This document shows, piece by piece, positions 1 through 9,246 of a DNA stretch of 64,000 nucleotides. Made by a program: the position numbers and the translations under genes. How positions within the stretch are numbered: position 1 is the stretch's first letter; each line of letters starts with the position of its first letter. The stretch comes from an uncultured delta proteobacterium (GTDB lineage Bacteria; Myxococcota_A; Polyangia; Polyangiales; Polyangiaceae): NCBI GenBank assembly GCA_963850305.1, contig CAWKKR010000001.1, forward strand, positions 889,823 through 953,822, in the 5' to 3' direction. Under the pieces are notes generated by a model. The model did no database searches. It was not told the origin of the DNA and saw only the letters and a program-made list of their open reading frames with translations.

Positions 1-70
1 GCATTTTTTCGGAGCGTTTGCTCCACGGGTGGACCGTCATTAGCCGACTACCGGCTCCGTCGTTTCCAAA

Positions 71-87
71 ATGTTTCGGTGAAACAT
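71..87. promoter_or_regulatory. Inverted repeat ATGTTTC-GGT-GAAACAT, possible protein-binding site (parS-like arms, non-canonical spacer)
   Basis: Perfect 7-bp arms in AT-richer non-coding DNA; canonical parS is TGTTTC-ACGT-GAAACA, whereas this site has a 3-nt spacer. Confidence 0.3.
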
Positions 88-183
88 CAATACCGCGCGT
101 CGCGCCTTTCGATGTCTCGAAGCAGCGGATGGTGTCGACCCAGCCAATCAGGAACGCATAGGCATTGGGAATCATGAATGAAT

Positions 184-468
184 TTAGCCATAATCCGAAG
201 ATCGAAATTCGCGGGTGGGGACAACGAGCGAATTCAGGACCCTGCCGGCTGGCTCGTCGCCGAAGCAGATGCGCAGACCGCGCCCCGTTCGCAGCATTAC
301 CGGATCCAGGGGCACGGTCCAGATGCCGCGGCCGCCTCGGCGAAAGGGAACCAATCGAACCGTCTGCCCGCTCAGCGCTACCGTGCCGCTCGCGGCATCG
401 TCCGTCTCCGCGAGAATCCGGGCGGGGTCGCGGCCGAGTCGCAGAGCGGGTAGTCGATCCGCGGTCAT
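184..468 (-). CDS. Hypothetical protein (uncertain)
   Basis: ORF MTADRLPALRLG... with moderately GC-rich third positions; no recognisable motif. Confidence 0.25.
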   Translation of the reverse strand: MTADRLPALRLGRDPARILAETDDAASGTVALSGQTVRLVPFRRGGRGIWTVPLDPVMLRTGRGLRICFGDEPAGRVLNSLVVPTREFRSSDYG

Positions 469-896
469 GGGCGCGTCGCGGCACTGAATGTGCCCAAGCA
501 CGAGGAACTTACTACCCAGAACTCCGCCTCACATGGGGAGCCCGCGAAACTGCATCGCGATCGCGCCTCAAGATCAGACCGGGATCGTCTTCGATGAGCG
601 AGCGATATTCCACCCGTGCCAGGTGGCGCTCAGCGTCACCGCCCGGATCCATGGCGTTCGGGCCCACCGTCGCCCCTCGTGTTGACTGCGATTTTGCGGA
701 CCATTCTGGCTCGAACCTTCCAGCGACGCATCCCACGCAAAAATCAGCCTGCAACCATCCCGCCTAGCCCCATCTTGGCATACTCTCTCGTTCCGCGTCG
801 CCGATTCGGACAGCTGGCCGGCAGCGGCGCCGAGCCCTCCGTGATACCGGGGTTCTCGCACCAGCTTTCCCCGAACGAATTTTCGCCCGCGCGTCG

Positions 897-3473
897 ATGT
901 CCGCCGAAAAGACTCACCCGCTTCCAGTCGGCGCGATCCTCGACGGAAAGTTTCGCGTCACGAAGGAAATAGGCCGCGGCGGTATGGCGGCGGTTTACGA
1001 AGCAGAGAACATCGACATCGGGAAGAGGGTGGCGGTGAAGGTACTGGCCGCAGAGCTGGTCTCTTCGAAGACTGTGACGGAGCGGTTCTTGCGTGAGGCG
1101 AGGGCAGCCGCCGCCATTCGAAGCCCGTACATCTGCGATGTCTACGACGTCGGCATGTTCGACAACCGACCCTTCCTGGTGATGGAGCTGCTCGAGGGCG
1201 AAAGCCTCTACGATCGCCTCTCGCGGGTCCGGCGTCTCGACAATCAACCGACGATTCGCATCGCCACGCAGGTCGCCAAGGGCCTGGTGAAAGCGCACGA
1301 CGCGAATATCGTCCATCGCGATCTAAAGCCGGAGAACATCTTCCTGACCAAGAACGAGGACGGCGAGGTCGTCGCCAAGATCGTCGATTTCGGGCTCGCA
1401 AAGTTCTACGAACCCGCGCTCGAGGGGGGACCGGCCGCGCGCCTCACGAAAGAGGGCGCTCTCTTCGGAACGCCTGCCTACATGAGCCCCGAGCAAGCGA
1501 AAGCCCAGGGCGAGGTGGACCAGCGCGCCGATCTCTGGGCCCTCGCCTGCATCGTTTACGAGTGCCTCACGGGCCGCACGGTGTGGAATGTCGATCAGGG
1601 CGTCGCCATGATCCTCGCGCAAATCGCCGGCGCGCCAATTCCGCGCCCGACTCGGGTTCGGGAGGATCTACCCAAGACCTTCGACGATTGGTTCCTCCGC
1701 GCGCTCGATCGCAATCCGGACAAGCGATTTCAGACCGCCAAGGAATTCGCGGACTCGCTGCTCTTTGCCCTCGATCCGCCGGAAGGCTCGATCAAGCTCG
1801 CTCCCATCCACACGGAGGAAGAAGCGGGGGCCGTCGACGAGCTCGTGAGCCGCGACGCCGCGACCGCTGCCCCTTCGGTTCCTTCCTCGCAAAAGGCGGC
1901 TACCCTCGCCGTCACACCCGAGCCCGTCGCGAGCGACGACACGGCTGCGCTCGCGCCCTCGATACCGCCCGCGAGCGCCCGGGGGTCCGGACTCGCGATC
2001 GGGATGCTGGTCACGACTAGCGTGCTTGCGCTTGGCGGGTACGCCGGATGGTTCTACGTGCTGCACCCTCCCGAGCGAGGACACCCGAGACACCCTCATC
2101 AGATCGCGCCCACTCCGGTGGCGAGCGTCGAGCGACGACGGACGGATCTCGCGGAAACGGACCCCTATGCGCTGCAGATATCGACGGCTCAGGAGCATCT
2201 GGCTCGTGGAGAAACGGACGTCGCAGTGCAGCTTTTCAAGGGTGCCTTCGACGCGAGCCCGCAGAGCAACGCTGCCCGGTCCTTTTACAACCACGCGGAG
2301 GTCATCGGCGAAAACCAGGCAACGGCGCCGTGCCGCGTGACGGGCCTCGGCCGCCCGCGACCGTTCGCCGGAAGCCCGGACGCAAGCTCCCTGCCAACCG
2401 TCGCGCTGGCGCCAAACGGGGTCGTCGTGAGCTGGGCAGAGACGGATCCTGCGACGCGGCGCCGATTCGCTTACACGACCACACTCGATACATCGTTCCG
2501 GCGAGTGACGCAGATCATCGTGGCGACCCCCGAGGGCAAGCTGGTTCAGCAGCCTACGCTCGACCCCATCGACGACGGACTCGTACTTCTCTACTGGGAC
2601 AGCGCTTCCGACGGCGATGGTGTCTTCGCCCGCAAGCTCGACGCAACAGGCAGCATCTCGGGCCCTCCCGTGGTCGTCTCGCCGAGCAGCGACAAGCAGT
2701 CGTACCCCGCCGTGACTCGAGAACCCTCGGGACGCATCTGGGTGGCCTGGAGCGAGAAAGATGGCGCGCGTGTCGCCGACATCCTCGCGCGCCCGCTAGG
2801 GCCGGATCTGAAACCAACGAGCATCTCTGCGCGCCTCACGCGCTACGTTGCACCGCAGCGGAGCACGTCCACGGCCTCACATCCGGCGATCGCCGTCGCG
2901 CATGGCTACCTGAACGTCGCTTACTCGCTCGAGCGCGGCGTCGAGCATCACGTCTATGCGCTTCGAGTGCCGCTCACGGATCCTCAGCTGTTCCACGGCG
3001 GGCTCCCCGCCCCGCCCGACAACCCCGCGCCGCGCGAGCCTGATCGCTTCCTCGGCCAGATCGTGCCGGTCAGCTCCGGGCCCGGGCAGCACACGGAGCC
3101 CAGAATCGCCTGCGTGGAGGCCGGATGCTTCGTCGCGTGGGACGACCAGAAGGCGGGAGCCCACGTTGCGTTTCTGGCGGGGACGAACGGCGAGGTGATC
3201 TGGCGGCGAGACCTGGGGCAGAGAGCGCAGGGGCCCTCTCTCGCAATGGCATCGAACAACGTCGCCATCGCCTGGTACGAAGCGAGCCGTGTGCGACTCG
3301 CGAAACTCGGACGCGACGGAGTCGGCGAACCGACGCTCCTGGGTCACGTGAGCGGCTATCAGCCTCCACCGAGCCTCACGCCCGGCGCTCGACCCGGCGA
3401 GTGGATCGTGGGCTGGCGGGATTTCGAATCCGGCCAGTACGAAGGATTCGTCGCGCGTGCGGACTGCAAGTAG
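897..3473 (+). CDS. Membrane-anchored Hanks-type Ser/Thr protein kinase with extracellular C-terminal domain
   Basis: GRGGMAAVY, VAVK, HRDLKPEN, DFG and YMSPE motifs; TM segment LAIGMLVTTSVLALGGYAGWFYV; beta-rich repetitive C-terminus. Confidence 0.95.
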   Translation: MSAEKTHPLPVGAILDGKFRVTKEIGRGGMAAVYEAENIDIGKRVAVKVLAAELVSSKTVTERFLREARAAAAIRSPYICDVYDVGMFDNRPFLVMELLEGESLYDRLSRVRRLDNQPTIRIATQVAKGLVKAHDANIVHRDLKPENIFLTKNEDGEVVAKIVDFGLAKFYEPALEGGPAARLTKEGALFGTPAYMSPEQAKAQGEVDQRADLWALACIVYECLTGRTVWNVDQGVAMILAQIAGAPIPRPTRVREDLPKTFDDWFLRALDRNPDKRFQTAKEFADSLLFALDPPEGSIKLAPIHTEEEAGAVDELVSRDAATAAPSVPSSQKAATLAVTPEPVASDDTAALAPSIPPASARGSGLAIGMLVTTSVLALGGYAGWFYVLHPPERGHPRHPHQIAPTPVASVERRRTDLAETDPYALQISTAQEHLARGETDVAVQLFKGAFDASPQSNAARSFYNHAEVIGENQATAPCRVTGLGRPRPFAGSPDASSLPTVALAPNGVVVSWAETDPATRRRFAYTTTLDTSFRRVTQIIVATPEGKLVQQPTLDPIDDGLVLLYWDSASDGDGVFARKLDATGSISGPPVVVSPSSDKQSYPAVTREPSGRIWVAWSEKDGARVADILARPLGPDLKPTSISARLTRYVAPQRSTSTASHPAIAVAHGYLNVAYSLERGVEHHVYALRVPLTDPQLFHGGLPAPPDNPAPREPDRFLGQIVPVSSGPGQHTEPRIACVEAGCFVAWDDQKAGAHVAFLAGTNGEVIWRRDLGQRAQGPSLAMASNNVAIAWYEASRVRLAKLGRDGVGEPTLLGHVSGYQPPPSLTPGARPGEWIVGWRDFESGQYEGFVARADCK

Positions 3474-3489
3474 GCCGATACACTAGTCC

Positions 3490-4089
3490 ATGGCGAGCCG
3501 CGCACCTGCTGCAGGAAATTACCTGACGATCCCGTCCCGGAGCGCGGTACGGGCCCATCCCGTCGAAACCGAGCGTCTATTTCTCACTCCGATCGATCCT
3601 GCGGACGGACCTGAGCTCTGGGCCGTCGTGGATCAGTCGCGCTGGCATCTCGAACGATGGCTGCCCTGGGTTCCCTTCAACAACACGAAAGAGGCCAGCC
3701 AGCGCTACGCAGAGGCGTGCGCCGCAGACTGGGACGCAGGCCGCGCGGTGCGATTCGGAATCCGGGAGCGAGCGACGCAGGCACTCATGGGCGTGGTCGG
3801 GCTGGATTCGTGCGTCCACCTTCATCGGTCATGCGAGCTCGGATACTGGCTCCGCCTCGATGCGACGGGGCGCGGCCTGATGACGGAAGCAGCACGCGCT
3901 GCCGTCGGATTCGCGCTCGAACGCCTCGGCGTCCACCGCGTACGCTGCGCCGCTGCCACGGACAACTACGCGAGTCTCCGCGTCATCGCGCGGCTCGGCT
4001 TGCGCTTCGAAGGCATTGCACGACAGGCAGAGTTCGTCGGCGGCCGCTGGGTGGACCACGCCGTTTTTTCCCGGCTATCGACGGACTGA
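3490..4089 (+). CDS. GNAT N-acetyltransferase, RimJ/RimL family
   Basis: ETERLFL, ELGYWL, GRGLMTEAA and NYASLRVIARLG motifs. Confidence 0.92.
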   Translation: MASRAPAAGNYLTIPSRSAVRAHPVETERLFLTPIDPADGPELWAVVDQSRWHLERWLPWVPFNNTKEASQRYAEACAADWDAGRAVRFGIRERATQALMGVVGLDSCVHLHRSCELGYWLRLDATGRGLMTEAARAAVGFALERLGVHRVRCAAATDNYASLRVIARLGLRFEGIARQAEFVGGRWVDHAVFSRLSTD

Positions 4090-4139
4090 CGCCCGGACCC
4101 GGGGGCGGCGCGCGGGCGTGTGCTAGCCTCGCTTTCGGC

Positions 4140-5618
4140 ATGCTGCGGCGGAGCCTGCTCTCGCTCGCGCCGAGGCTCGTCGTCGTCCTCGGCATCACGG
4201 TAGCGACCGTCGTTGGCTTGCTGGGATTTTTCCGGCTGAGATCGCACGGGGACGAGGCGATCGCACTTCGTAGCGAGCTCCTCGGGCTCACGCTGGCAGC
4301 ACGGCTTCGCGCCACCGCGGCCCCGGACCGTCCCGCCGTCGTCGAGAAGGCGGCGCGCCGCGCCGGCGCGGAGTTGTTGCTCGTCGACCAGCGCGGCCGC
4401 GTGGTGGTCGACGGCTCTCTGGGTCCGCCGCCGAAGCGGGCGCTGCTGGACCTGTTGATCGCCGGCGCCGGGGAGGCCACGACGCGCATCGGCCGCACGC
4501 GATTCTTCGCGGCGCCGCTCGGCCCTCCAGTCGACGACCTGGTGCTCCTGACGTTCGTGCCGGCGCCGGAGGTGCCGTTCGCGACGCGGTCACTTCTCGG
4601 TTCGGTGGCAGCGCTCACGGCGTTCCTCGTCGGCGCGGCGGCGTTCGTGACGTTCGCGTTCGCCCGGGACGTCCATTCCGACGTCGCGTATGTGCGAGAA
4701 CGCATCGTGGAGATGGCGCGCGAAGGAGCCGGCCCGAGCGGCAAATCGATCGCCGTTCGGGACTCGGACCAGGTGGGTATGCTGACCAGCGCGTTCAATC
4801 TACTCGTCGAACGATTCACGGCGGCCGAGCACGCTTATCAACACGATCTCGCTGGCGCCCTCGCATTCGACCGCGACCGGAGCGCGTTTCTCGCCGCGCT
4901 GTCGCACGAACTCCGCACACCACTCAATGCAATCCTCGGCTTTTCCGACGTCCTGCTCGCGGAAGTGGATGGCCCGCTCAGCGCCGACGCTCATGAGAAT
5001 CTCACCGTATTGCGAAAGAGCGCCGACCACCTGCGCGCGCTCATCGACGACATCCTGGACCTCTCGGCGCTCGAGTCCGGCGAGCTGCGGCTCGAGACCG
5101 GTCCGATCGACGTCTTCGTGCTCGCGGCGGACGTCGTTCGCGAAGCCCGCGTCACAGCCGTCGCAAAGGCGCTGTCGGTGACTCTCTCCGGCGAGCCTGC
5201 TACGGCCTGGGTCGACGGGCGGCGAGTGCGGCAGATCCTCGGCAATCTCGTCGGCAACGCGGTCAAGTTCACGCACAGTGGCAGCGTCGGGGTCGCTGTT
5301 CATCTCCGGCAGGATCAGGTCGTCCTTAGTGTGTCCGACACCGGTCCTGGCATTCCCCCCGAGCAGCGCGCCGCCATCTTCGAGGAATACTGGCAAGCGC
5401 CGGCCTCGCGTCAGATGCGCGTCGGTGCTGGGTTGGGACTGGCGATCACTCGCCGTCTCGTGCGGATGCACGGCGGCACCATCGAGCTGGAGAGCGAGCT
5501 CTCACGCGGCTCGAGGTTCACGGTGAACTTGCCGATCAACCCTCCAGTGACGAGGCCATCCCGATTCATCAGCAGCGCGCCACCACCCGGCGAAAGTGCG
5601 ACACTGGAGGCGACTTGA
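4140..5618 (+). CDS. Membrane sensor histidine kinase (HAMP-like, HisKA, HATPase)
   Basis: Two TM regions; H-box SHELRTPLNAI, N-box NLVGNAVKFT, G1 DTGPGI, G2 GAGLGLAI; start placed at ATG 4140 within the 3657 frame. Confidence 0.92.
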   Translation: MLRRSLLSLAPRLVVVLGITVATVVGLLGFFRLRSHGDEAIALRSELLGLTLAARLRATAAPDRPAVVEKAARRAGAELLLVDQRGRVVVDGSLGPPPKRALLDLLIAGAGEATTRIGRTRFFAAPLGPPVDDLVLLTFVPAPEVPFATRSLLGSVAALTAFLVGAAAFVTFAFARDVHSDVAYVRERIVEMAREGAGPSGKSIAVRDSDQVGMLTSAFNLLVERFTAAEHAYQHDLAGALAFDRDRSAFLAALSHELRTPLNAILGFSDVLLAEVDGPLSADAHENLTVLRKSADHLRALIDDILDLSALESGELRLETGPIDVFVLAADVVREARVTAVAKALSVTLSGEPATAWVDGRRVRQILGNLVGNAVKFTHSGSVGVAVHLRQDQVVLSVSDTGPGIPPEQRAAIFEEYWQAPASRQMRVGAGLGLAITRRLVRMHGGTIELESELSRGSRFTVNLPINPPVTRPSRFISSAPPPGESATLEAT

Positions 5619-7489
5619 ACGAAGCCGCCGCCAAGCTCTCGTCGCGAGTGGTCAGATGGGTGGTCGGGGCCTCTCTGGTCACGACACTACTCCTTGTCGC
5701 CCTGCTCCCGGATCTGCTCCTCTTGGACCCTGCCGTCGCGCTTGCGGCCGCCGAGCGGGAGTTCGTCATCCTGAGCGCTGCGGGCATCGCCGCGGTCGGT
5801 CTCGTCGCCACGCGCGTCGGAAGGTATAGGTACCTGCTCCGGGCGCTCGCGCTCGGCTCCCGGTCGATCGAACCGATCGAGATGGAGGAGCTCGGAAAGG
5901 AACCCGGACGTCTCTCGCGGCGCTGGCTCATTCCTCATCTCGTCGGGCTCGTCGTGCTCGTCACGCCCGGGCGTCCGGACGAGGTCGACCTTCCGACGGG
6001 GACGAGTCTCGCGATGCTCGGCGCGATCATCGCCGCAGCGATCTCTCTGCTGCTCTACGTCGTCATTCGCTCCCTCTTTCTGGCCGCCGCGGAGCTCGCC
6101 CCGGCGGAGGTCATGCGCGAGTTGATCGAGGGCGCGGAGCGACGCGGAAGCGCCCAGTGGCGCATACAGAGGCGCTTGCGTACGGCCGTTGCCACCCCGG
6201 TCGCGCTGGTCGCGGTCGGGACCGCGTTGATCGCGAGCGCTCACGTGCGGCGCGCGGACGAGGTCGCGCGGGAAGCGACCGCGCGCGCGACGGGCCGGGC
6301 TGCGTTCGACTTCGGACCAGGTGTGGTCGAGTCCGCAGGGCTCGGCGCGGCTGCCGCCCGCGCTGCTGAGCTCGGATTCGTGCCGACGTTGTCGGACGAA
6401 ACGCAACCGTACCGCGCGCAACGCGAGGACGGCGGACTCACCGTGGTCACCGTCCCGCTCGATGTCGGCTCGGCCCAGCTCCGCTTTTATGGAACGACGG
6501 TGCCCATCCTCAGCCCGGCCTCGCTACTGGTCACTCTCCTCATCGTGGCGCTCGCGTGGGCTCTCGGGGGAGCGCTCGGTCGCGCGCACACGCTCGACTT
6601 ACAGCATGCCACCGAAGGGATCCGGCTCCTCGGTACCGAAGCCGTGATCCGAGGGGGTCGACTTCCGGTGCGTCCTCCTCGATTCCTCGTCGTGGCGGAG
6701 CTCGAGGAAGCAATCGAGCACCTCGCAAAACGCTTCAGCGTGTTTGCGCAAGCGCAAGAGCGAGCGATCCTGGCCCGAGAGGCCGCGACGCGGATGCGCG
6801 GCCTGTTCTTTGCGAGCGTCAGCCACGACCTGAAGAGCCCCTTGAATGCGATTCTCGGCTTCGCGGAACTCGTCCGCATGGAACCGCTCACGACGGGACA
6901 AGCCGAGAGTCTGGACGTGATCGATCGTCGCGGCCGTGAGCTCCTGGCGCTCATCGAAACGATTCTCGACGCGGCGCGGGTGGAGGCGAAACAACTCGCG
7001 CTGGTCGTCGAACGAACGAACCTCTGGGACCTCTTCGACGAAACGACGGCCAAGGCCCGGGACCTGGGCAATGACCCCTCGGTCGCGATGTCCTTCGACA
7101 TCGAAGGCGGCGGGATCGAACTCGTCGTGGATCGCATGCGGATGACGCGCGTGCTCGCTACCCTGATCGCGTTTGCAATTCGCCAGCAGCACCCGGGCCC
7201 CGTGCGCGTTGGCGCTCGCGCCGAGTCGAAGGGCGTGGCTCTGATCGAGGTGTCGGTACCCGGTCGTCGCACGGCGAAGGACCTGGCGCGACTCCTGACC
7301 GCAGCGGGTCAGCCAGGCGCAGGAGAACATCGCGGGCTGGCGCTGGGCCTCTCCCTCGCAAGATCCATCGTCGAGCTCCACGGTGGCACGCTCACGGCCG
7401 TCGAGTCCGGAGGCGCCCCAGCCTTCGTCCTACGGCTGCCGACACCTCACGATGGGGACAAGGCAACGAGTCGGACGACGATCACTTGA
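5615..7489 (+). CDS. Multi-TM histidine kinase-like protein with degenerate HATPase domain
   Basis: TTG start overlapping the upstream stop; H-box SHDLKSPLNAI intact; N-box and G1 box degenerate; G2-like GLALGLSLA. Confidence 0.85.
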   Translation: MNEAAAKLSSRVVRWVVGASLVTTLLLVALLPDLLLLDPAVALAAAEREFVILSAAGIAAVGLVATRVGRYRYLLRALALGSRSIEPIEMEELGKEPGRLSRRWLIPHLVGLVVLVTPGRPDEVDLPTGTSLAMLGAIIAAAISLLLYVVIRSLFLAAAELAPAEVMRELIEGAERRGSAQWRIQRRLRTAVATPVALVAVGTALIASAHVRRADEVAREATARATGRAAFDFGPGVVESAGLGAAAARAAELGFVPTLSDETQPYRAQREDGGLTVVTVPLDVGSAQLRFYGTTVPILSPASLLVTLLIVALAWALGGALGRAHTLDLQHATEGIRLLGTEAVIRGGRLPVRPPRFLVVAELEEAIEHLAKRFSVFAQAQERAILAREAATRMRGLFFASVSHDLKSPLNAILGFAELVRMEPLTTGQAESLDVIDRRGRELLALIETILDAARVEAKQLALVVERTNLWDLFDETTAKARDLGNDPSVAMSFDIEGGGIELVVDRMRMTRVLATLIAFAIRQQHPGPVRVGARAESKGVALIEVSVPGRRTAKDLARLLTAAGQPGAGEHRGLALGLSLARSIVELHGGTLTAVESGGAPAFVLRLPTPHDGDKATSRTTIT

Positions 7490-8021
7490 CCGCCTCGAGA
7501 ACGTCGGTCGCGTGGGTCAGTGGATCCACCTCCTGCCAGACGTGTTCGATGCGTCCATCCCGGCCGACCAGGAACGAAACTCGTGCGGCGTGGCCGAAGC
7601 GCGAAGGCACGCCATAGGCTTGCTGGACTGCGCCGGATTCGTCCGCAACCAGCGGGAACGGTAGGAAGTGTCTCTTGCGAAATGCGTCGTGGCTCGCCGC
7701 CGAATCGCGCGAGACACCGAATACGACCACACCCCGCACCTTGAACTTATCGTAAGCGTCGCGAAACGCGCACGCCTCCTTCGTGCAGCCAGGGGTCTCA
7801 TCCTTCGGGTAGAAGTACACGACTCGCGGGATGCCCCCCAGCCTCGACAGCCGAATCGTGCTCCCTTTCGCATCCTGAGCGGCGAAATCCGGCGCCGCCG
7901 CCCCCACGGGTAGGAGCCCGCTCCCTCCGTCCGGGCGACGCGCGGAGCACGCCACCAGCGCGAGCCCATAAAGCGCGATCCCGATCACGGCGCGCCCCAC
8001 TCTCTGCGTTTTTTGCAACAC
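7482..8021 (-). CDS. bcp: Peroxiredoxin, BCP/PrxQ type, probable lipoprotein
   Basis: YFYPKDETPGCTKEACAFRD motif; N-terminal hydrophobic stretch ending LVAC; start approximate (GTG 8021 or 8000). Confidence 0.88.
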   Translation of the reverse strand: MLQKTQRVGRAVIGIALYGLALVACSARRPDGGSGLLPVGAAAPDFAAQDAKGSTIRLSRLGGIPRVVYFYPKDETPGCTKEACAFRDAYDKFKVRGVVVFGVSRDSAASHDAFRKRHFLPFPLVADESGAVQQAYGVPSRFGHAARVSFLVGRDGRIEHVWQEVDPLTHATDVLEAVK

Positions 8022-8132
8022 CGCTGAGATAGGGTACCGAAAGGACTCGTCAACAGGCAAAATGACAGAATGGGCCGGTCTGGGGAACCGATGCTGGCGC
8101 TCCTTGGTGTAGAGTTCCAGGCCCCGTCGCTC

Positions 8133-9203
8133 ATGGTTGCTCGAAAAAAAAAGGACGCTGACGCTCCAGACGATTCGCCCGAGTCTTCTCGGATTGTCAC
8201 GCCCACGAGCGGCGGCGAGGACGATCGCTTCGATCGCCTGTTCCGGCCCAGGGCGCTCGACGACTTCGTCGGGCAGCAAAAGCATAAGGATAACCTCCGC
8301 GTCTATGTGAAGGCTGCGCGCAAGCGCGGCGAGCCGCTCGACCACATCCTCCTGAGCGGGCCACCTGGGCTGGGCAAGACGACGCTGGCGCACATCCTCG
8401 CGCACGAGCTCGGCGTGCAACTCTTCGTTACGAGCGGCCCCGCGATCGAGCACAAGGGCGCGCTCACGGGGGTGCTCACCCGCCTCGGACGGAACGACAT
8501 CCTTTTCATAGACGAGATTCATCGCTTGAGCGCGCCGGTCGAAGAAACGCTGTACCCGGCGATCGAAGACTTCCGCATCGACGTCGTCACGGGCGACGGT
8601 CCGTATGCCGAGAGCATCCGCATCGACGTGAAGCCGTTCACGCTCATCGGTGCCACGACGCGTGAAGGCCTGCTCACGCAACCGATGCATGAACGGTTCG
8701 GTGTCACGATGCGACTCGACTTCTACCCCGTCGCCGATCTGGAACGCATCATCTTGCGGAATGCGGGACTGCTCGGCATTCCGTGCGCACCCGAGGGGGC
8801 CCGAGAACTCGCCGCGCGCTCGCGCGGTACGCCCCGCGTCGCGAATCGTCTGCTCCGGCGCGTGCGCGACTTCGCGGAAGTCGAGGGCGACGGCAGCATC
8901 GACTCGAAGATCGTGAAACTCACCTGCGAACGACTCGAAGTGGACGCCAGTGGACTCGACGAGATGGACCGGCGATTGCTCCGGATCCTCGTCGAGCACT
9001 ATCGTGGCGGCCCGGTTGGCGTCGAGACGCTCGCGGCTGCGCTCGCCGAGCCGCGCGACACAATCGAGGACGTCTACGAACCGTATCTCTTGCAGCAAGG
9101 CTTCCTCGGCCGTACGCCGCGCGGCCGGGTCGCCAACAAGAAGGCCTACGACCACCTCGGCGTCCCATTCGAGGAGCCGGCACGGCAGGCGAAGCTCTTC
9201 TGA
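8133..9203 (+). CDS. ruvB: Holliday junction branch migration helicase RuvB
   Basis: RPRALDDFVGQ, Walker A GPPGLGKTT, FIDEIHR, SRGTPRVANRLLRRVRD, YEPYLLQQG. Confidence 0.97.
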   Translation: MVARKKKDADAPDDSPESSRIVTPTSGGEDDRFDRLFRPRALDDFVGQQKHKDNLRVYVKAARKRGEPLDHILLSGPPGLGKTTLAHILAHELGVQLFVTSGPAIEHKGALTGVLTRLGRNDILFIDEIHRLSAPVEETLYPAIEDFRIDVVTGDGPYAESIRIDVKPFTLIGATTREGLLTQPMHERFGVTMRLDFYPVADLERIILRNAGLLGIPCAPEGARELAARSRGTPRVANRLLRRVRDFAEVEGDGSIDSKIVKLTCERLEVDASGLDEMDRRLLRILVEHYRGGPVGVETLAAALAEPRDTIEDVYEPYLLQQGFLGRTPRGRVANKKAYDHLGVPFEEPARQAKLF

Positions 9204-9246
9204 AATCCGTGTGATCGCCGGTGCGCCGTGCGTCGGGGCTAGCCCC

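Noticed and set aside
165..767. 200-aa plus-strand ORF and the small 512..754 minus-strand ORF
   Set aside because: No motifs and unconvincing composition; coding status of 1-890 unresolved
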